NCBI GenBank assembly: GCA_964016885.1
Contig: OZ024740.1
Location: 415,772,001 to 415,836,000, forward strand
Direction of reading: 5' to 3'
DNA from: Eledone cirrhosa
Taxonomy: Eukaryota
Length of the DNA: 64,000 bases
Shown: piece after piece, positions 59,601 to 64,000 of the stretch
Position numbering within the stretch: position 1 is the stretch's first letter
Layout of the letters: every line of letters starts with the position of its first letter
Made by a program: the position numbers and the translations under genes
Notes under the pieces: model-generated
Seen by the model: the letters and a program-made list of their open reading frames with translations, nothing else
Databases searched by the model: none
What the model was told of the DNA's origin: nothing

Positions 59601-62270
59601 GATGACAGTGAATCAGATATAGTGTGTAAGAGAGAACACTGTGGGTATGGACATATGTTGTGTATGGTGGTTGACAGTGAATCAGATATAGTGTGTAAGA
59701 GAGAACACTGTGGGTATGGACATATGTTGTGTATGGTGGTTGACAGTGAATCAGATATAGTGTGTAAGAGAGAACACTGTGGGTATGGACATATGTTGTG
59801 TATGGGGGTTGACAGTGAATCAGATATAGTGTGTAAGAGACAACACTGTGGGTATGGACATATGTTGTGTATGGTGATTGACAGTGAATCAGATATAGTG
59901 TGTAAGAGAGAACACTGTGGCTATGGACATATGTTGTGTAAGGTGGTTGACAGTGAATCCGATATAGTGTGTAAGAGAGAACACTGTGGGTATGGACATA
60001 TGTTGTGTATGGGGGAAGACAGTGAATCAGATATAGAGTGTATGAGAGAACACTGTGGGTATGGACATATTTTGTGTATGGGGCATGGCAGTGAATCAGA
60101 TATAGTGTGTAAGAGAGAACACTGTGGGTATGGACATATGTTGTGTATGGGGGATGACAGTGAATCAGATACAGTGTGTAAGAGAGAACACTGTGGGTAT
60201 GGATATATGTTGTGTATGGGGGATGACAGTGAATCAGATATAGTGTGTAAGAGAGAACACTGTGGGTATGGACATATGTTGTGTATGGGGGATGACAGTG
60301 AATAAGATATAGTGTGTAAGACAGAACACTGTGGGTATGGACATATGTTGTGTATGGGGGATGACAGTAAATCAGATATAGTGTGTAAGAGAGAACACTG
60401 TGGGTATGGACATATGTTGTGTATGGGGGATGACAGTGAATCAGATATAGTGTGTAAGAGAGAACACTGTGGGTATGGACATATGTTGTGTATGGGGGAT
60501 GACAGTGAATCAGATATAGTGTGTAAGAGAGAACACTGTGGGTATGGACATATGTTGTGTATGGGGGATGACAGTGAATCAGATATAGTGTGTAAGAGAG
60601 AACACTGTGGGTATGGACATATGTTGTGTATAGGGGATGACAGTGAATATGATATAGAGTGTAAGAGAGAACACTGTGGGTATGGACATATGTTGTGTAT
60701 GGGGGATGACAGTAAATCAGATATAGTGTGTAAGAGAGAACACTGTGGATATGGACATATGTTGTGTATGGGGGATGACAGTGAATCAGATATAGTGTGT
60801 AAGAGAGAACACTGTGGGTATGGACATATGTTGTGTATGGGGGATGACAGTGAATCAGATATAGTGTGTAAGAGAGAACACTGTGGGTATGGAAATATGT
60901 TGTGTATGGGGGATGACATTGAATCAGATATAGTGTGTATGAGAGAACACTGTGGGTATGGGCATATGTTGTGTATGGGGGATGACAGTGAATCAGATAT
61001 AGTATGTAAGAGAGAACACTGTGGGTATGGACATATGTTGTGTATGGGGGATGACAGTGAATCAGATATAGTGTGTAAGAGAGAACACTGTGGGTATGGA
61101 CATATGTTGTGTATGGGGGATGACAGTGAATCAGATATAGTGTGTAAGAGAGAACACTGTGGGTATGGACATATGTTGTGTATGGGGGAAGACAGTGAAT
61201 CAGATATAGAGTGTAAGAGAGAACACTGTGGGTATGGACATATGTTGTGTATGGGGGATGACAGTGAATCAGATATAGTAAGTAAGAGAGAACACTGTGG
61301 GTATGGACATATGTTGTGTATGGGGGATGACAGTGAATCAGATATAGTGTGTAAGAGAGAACACTGTGGGTATGGACATATGTTGTGTATGGTGGTTGAC
61401 AGTGAATCAGATATAGTGTGTAAGAGAGAACACTGTGGGTATGGACATATGTTGTGTATGGGGGATGACAGTGAATCAGATATAGTGTGTAAGAGACAAC
61501 ACTGTGGGTATGGACATATGTTGTGTATGGTGGTTGACAGTGAATCAGATATAGTGTGTAAGAGAGAACACTGTGGTTATGGACATATGTTGTGTAAGGT
61601 GGTTGACAGTGAATCAGATATAGTGTGTAAGAGAGAACACTGTGGGTATGGACATATGTTGTGTATGGGTGATGACAGTCAATCAGATATAGAGTGTAAG
61701 AGAGAACACTGTGGGTATGGACATATGTTGTGTATGGGGGATGACAGTGAATCAGATATAGTGTGTAAGAGAGAACACTGTGGGTATGGACATATGTTGT
61801 GTATGGGGGATGACAGTGAATCAAATATAGTGTGTAAGAGAGAACACTGTGGGTATGGACATATGTTGTGTATGGGGGATGACAGTGAATCAGATATAGT
61901 GTGTAAGAGAGAACACTGTGGGTATGGACATATGTTGTGTATGGTGGTTGACAGTGAATCAGATATAGTGTGTAAGAGAGAACACTGTGGGTATGGACAT
62001 ATGTTGTGTATGGAGGATGACAGTGAATCAGATATAGTGTGTAAGAGACAACACTGTGGGTATGGACATATGTTGTGTATGGTGATTGACAGTGAATCAG
62101 ATATAGTGTGTAAGAGAGAACACTGTGGCTATGGACATATGTTGTGTCAGGTGGTTGACAGTGAATCCGATATAGTGTGTATGAGAGAACACTGTGGGTA
62201 TGGACATATGTTGTGTATGGGGGAAGACAGTGAATCAGATATAGAGTGTATTAGAGAACACTGTGGGTAT
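41600..62270 (+). repeat. Large non-adjacent intra-array duplication (~41.6-48.9 kb vs ~55.6-62.3 kb), with internal 897-, 3174- and 2829-bp periodic blocks
   Basis: Offsets are 14007 (43262/57269), 13110 (44166/57276) and 13386 (45898/59284, 46535/59921, 46926/60312). All are exact multiples of 69 and are reconciled by one 897-bp and one 276-bp block difference. Confidence 0.8.
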
Positions 62271-62700
62271 GGACATATTTTGTGTATGGGGGAAGACAGT
62301 GAATCAGATATAGAGTGTAAGAGAGAACACTGTGGGTATGGACATATGTTGTGTATGGGGCATGGCAGTGAATCAGATATAGTGTGTAAGAGAGAACACT
62401 GTGGGTATGGACATATGTTGTGTATGGGGGATGACAGTGAATCAGATACAGTGTGTAAGAGAGAACACTGTGGGTATGGATATATGTTGTGTATGGGGGA
62501 TGACAGTGAATCAGATATAGTGTGTAAGAGAGAACACTGTGGGTATGGACATATGTTGTGTATGGGGGATGACAGTGAATAAGATATAGTGTGTAAGACA
62601 GAACACTGTGGGTATGGACATATGTTGTGTATGGCGGATGACAGTAAATCAGATATAGTGTGTAAGAGAGAACACTGTGGGTATGGACATATGTACTGGC

Positions 62701-62724
62701 ATAATAACAGCAACAGCAACAAAC
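62701..62724 (+). repeat. Short imperfect AAT/AAC/AGC trinucleotide microsatellite
   Basis: ATAATAACAGCAACAGCAACAAAC lies 6 bp after the array end. Confidence 0.5.
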
Positions 62725-62934
62725 TGAATTGTAACTAATTCATACTTGTGGGCAAAGGTGTAGAGTGAGACATGTCAGTGTTTTGTATTAAAATTATTTT
62801 AGTGTTGTATAAAGTGACTGACCTAGATCACATTTACAGACTGACTGAGTGACAGCCTATACTGTTGATAACTGTAAAGAAACAATGCAGTTGTTGTTAC
62901 TAGTGTGAATCACATCTTTGATATAATGTTTTCA

Positions 62935-63310
62935 CATTATCATCATCATCTTTTACGTATGTTTTTTTCATGCTCACGTGAGTAGGATGGGTCTTTTTCT
63001 GCGCAGCATCTCTCCAATCTTTGCATTCTTTTGTCATCTCCTCTGTGAGTCTCAGTGATTTGCAATCAACTTTCACGAACTCTGCTCAGGTCTTCCTTGG
63101 TCTACCTCTACTGTGGCTTCCTACCACAGGGATTTCCTGGCACTTCTTCACCCAGCGCTCATCTTCCAGATGCATCATATATTTGAACCAATGCAGTCTT
63201 CTCTCCTTCACACTACTTCAGATTCCTCTTAAATCCAGTTTCTCTCCCAGTTCATCCAAGCTATGCCTTTCTCTCCCATTTACATTGTACATCCATCAGA
63301 GCATGGTTGC
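62935..63310 (-). mobile_element. Decayed, 5'-truncated 3' end of an RTE-clade non-LTR retrotransposon (LINE) with (GAT)n tail
   Basis: My minus-strand translation is ATML*WMYNVNGRERHSLDELGEKLDLRGI*SSVKERRLHWFKYMMHLEDERWVKKCQEIPVVGSHSRGRPRKT*AEFVKVDCKSLRLTEEMTKECKDWRDAAQKK. This matches the C-terminal RTE signature (MLRW...RRLRWFGHV.RM...G.R.RGRP.KTW...D.....D...WR) with three in-frame stops. It ends in GATGATGATGATAATG (62935-62950), the short tandem tail typical of RTEs. Confidence 0.88.
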
Positions 63311-63318
63311 ATGTGCTA

Positions 63319-63496
63319 CAGTAATTCGAATTCACTTTTAATCATTGTAAACAAAGGAAGAAATGGTTGTACAAGTAATATTTTTCAGTTTAGGTTACCC
63401 ACAGAAAAGCTAATTAGATATTCATGAAGCTTTAAGATCTTGTTTGGATAATTTGAGATTCAGATAATTGATGTTCGGATAACTGAGGTTTGACTG
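63319..63496. mobile_element. Putative pogo/Tigger-like (Tc1/mariner superfamily) MITE remnant with TA flanks
   Basis: The right end TTCGGATAACTGAGGTTTGACTG|TA reads TA|CAGTCAAACCTCAGTTATCCGAA on the reverse strand, a pogo/Tigger-type terminus. It is the last of three ~15-bp repeats (TTTGGATAATTTGAGA, TTCAGATAATTGATG, TTCGGATAACTGAGG). The left end TA|CAGTAATTCGAA at 63317-63330 matches only the first bases. Confidence 0.55.
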
Positions 63497-63694
63497 TATG
63501 TTTAAGCATATAATTTCTCTTTTCATAAGCAATGTAAGATACACAAAAGAAAGTAAAGTGGGGAAACACTAGACTCCTGTGTTTATGTGTACTACCATCT
63601 TGTAATTGGGTTGAACAGATGTTTTAAGAATTCTCAAAAATGGAAGTGGGTGCTTTAAAGGAGACTGTAGTGACCTACATTCCGAGGGCTCATG

Positions 63695-63759
63695 GATACA
63701 TTCTCCGTGCATTGTTTGACTCAGCTCAGCCAATCGCCGCCAACATAGGAGAATGTATC
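63695..63759. repeat. 12-bp perfect inverted repeat enclosing a 41-bp spacer
   Basis: GATACATTCTCC (63695-63706) and GGAGAATGTATC (63748-63759) are exact reverse complements. Confidence 0.8.
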
Positions 63760-63912
63760 TCAACTTCCACCCCAGAGGGAAAAATTCCCGCGGCGATTCA
63801 TAAATCTCTCTCTTGCAGCTTGACCTTGCTAAGGTAAACACCAATTCTTCTTTTGCTCCGCAAGCATGAACAATATGTAACGACAAAACATTACTACGGG
63901 CCTGGCCAATGC
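63717..63912. promoter_or_regulatory. Possible cis-regulatory or promoter-like segment (motif cluster only)
   Basis: TGACTCAGC (AP-1/ARE-like, 63717-63725), AGCCAATCG (CCAAT/NF-Y, 63728-63736), TTCCCGCG (E2F-like, 63785-63792) and GGCCAATGC (63904-63912). CpGs are locally retained compared with the rest of the window. There is no transcript evidence. Confidence 0.25.
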
Positions 63913-64000
63913 CTCAGCCAGTTGACCGTACCTTCTCTTACAATATTAATTGGTTTATTTCATTTCTTTTGGCATGCCAGCTTAATCCACCCCTTAACCT

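Larger units (their letters stand above)
1..62694 (+). repeat. Tandem satellite array, 69-bp monomer, about 909 copies in the window; left edge probably outside the window
   Basis: The unit GACAGTGAATCAGATATAGTGTGTAAGAGAGAACACTGTGGGTATGGACATATGTTGTGTATGGGGGAT repeats head-to-tail, typically with 0-3 substitutions per copy. I saw only 9 small indels (~3781, ~4003, ~9847, ~10069, ~14118, ~17569, ~19847, ~25624, ~28383). The array ends at ...GGACATATGT (62694). Confidence 0.99.

Noticed and set aside
1-62694. CRISPR array or other repeat-spacer system
   Set aside because: There are no unique spacers; the whole unit repeats with only point variants, and no cas genes are present.
1-62694. Monomer as an ancient dimer of 36+33-bp subunits (GATATAGTGTGTAAGAGAGAACACTGTG vs CATATGTTGTGTATGGGGGATGACAGTG, about 20/31 identical)
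   Set aside because: The resemblance is visible, but the full monomer is collinear with a single RTE coding segment, so low complexity and C-to-T decay explain it more simply.
1-62694. Functional V(D)J recombination signals or Transib/ProtoRAG termini
   Set aside because: Only the heptamer matches; there is no nonamer at 12 or 23 bp and no coding segments or transposase.
1-62694. Canonical G-quadruplex or telomeric repeat
   Set aside because: Each 69 bp has only two runs of three or more G with long loops, and there is no TTAGGG/TTAGG tract.
17-62722. All + and - strand repeat ORFs as protein-coding genes
   Set aside because: They follow from a 69-bp unit with three stop-free frames. Stops and frameshifts are propagated with the duplications, variants are mostly non-synonymous, and there are no unique domains.
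62915-63330. Target-site duplication around the RTE remnant
   Set aside because: No convincing direct repeat was found on both sides.
63021-63341. 106-aa + strand ORF
   Set aside because: It is the antisense shadow of the decayed RTE fragment.
63569-63886. Overlapping 105-aa (-) and 65-aa (+) ORFs as genes or exons
   Set aside because: They are short with no recognisable domain, and the candidate acceptor at ~63619 lacks a polypyrimidine tract. They cannot be supported without transcript data.

Overview
About 98% of this window (1-62694) is one uninterrupted head-to-tail satellite array of roughly 909 copies of a 69-bp monomer. The consensus is GACAGTGAATCAGATATAGTGTGTAAGAGAGAACACTGTGGGTATGGACATATGTTGTGTATGGGGGAT (42% GC, 24 G vs 5 C, no CpG). 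The many long ORFs in the track arise because 69 is a multiple of 3 and three of the six consensus frames lack stops; I do not call them genes. Monomer variants show nested higher-order duplications, including periods of 6066, 3451, 2278, 2759, 3036, 2070 and 897 bp and offsets of about 13-14 kb. The last ~1.3 kb is non-satellite flank that looks eukaryotic. It holds a decayed 3' fragment of an RTE-clade LINE on the minus strand with a (GAT)n tail, a pogo/Tigger-like MITE remnant, and a CpG-containing segment with a 12-bp inverted repeat and CCAAT/AP-1-like motifs. The main observation is that the monomer aligns by eye at about 70% to a 67-bp piece of that neighbouring RTE (63159-63225, the 'RRLRW(Y/F)GH..RM' coding motif). 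The satellite therefore appears to have been amplified from a retrotransposon ORF fragment. All alignments and counts were done by hand.
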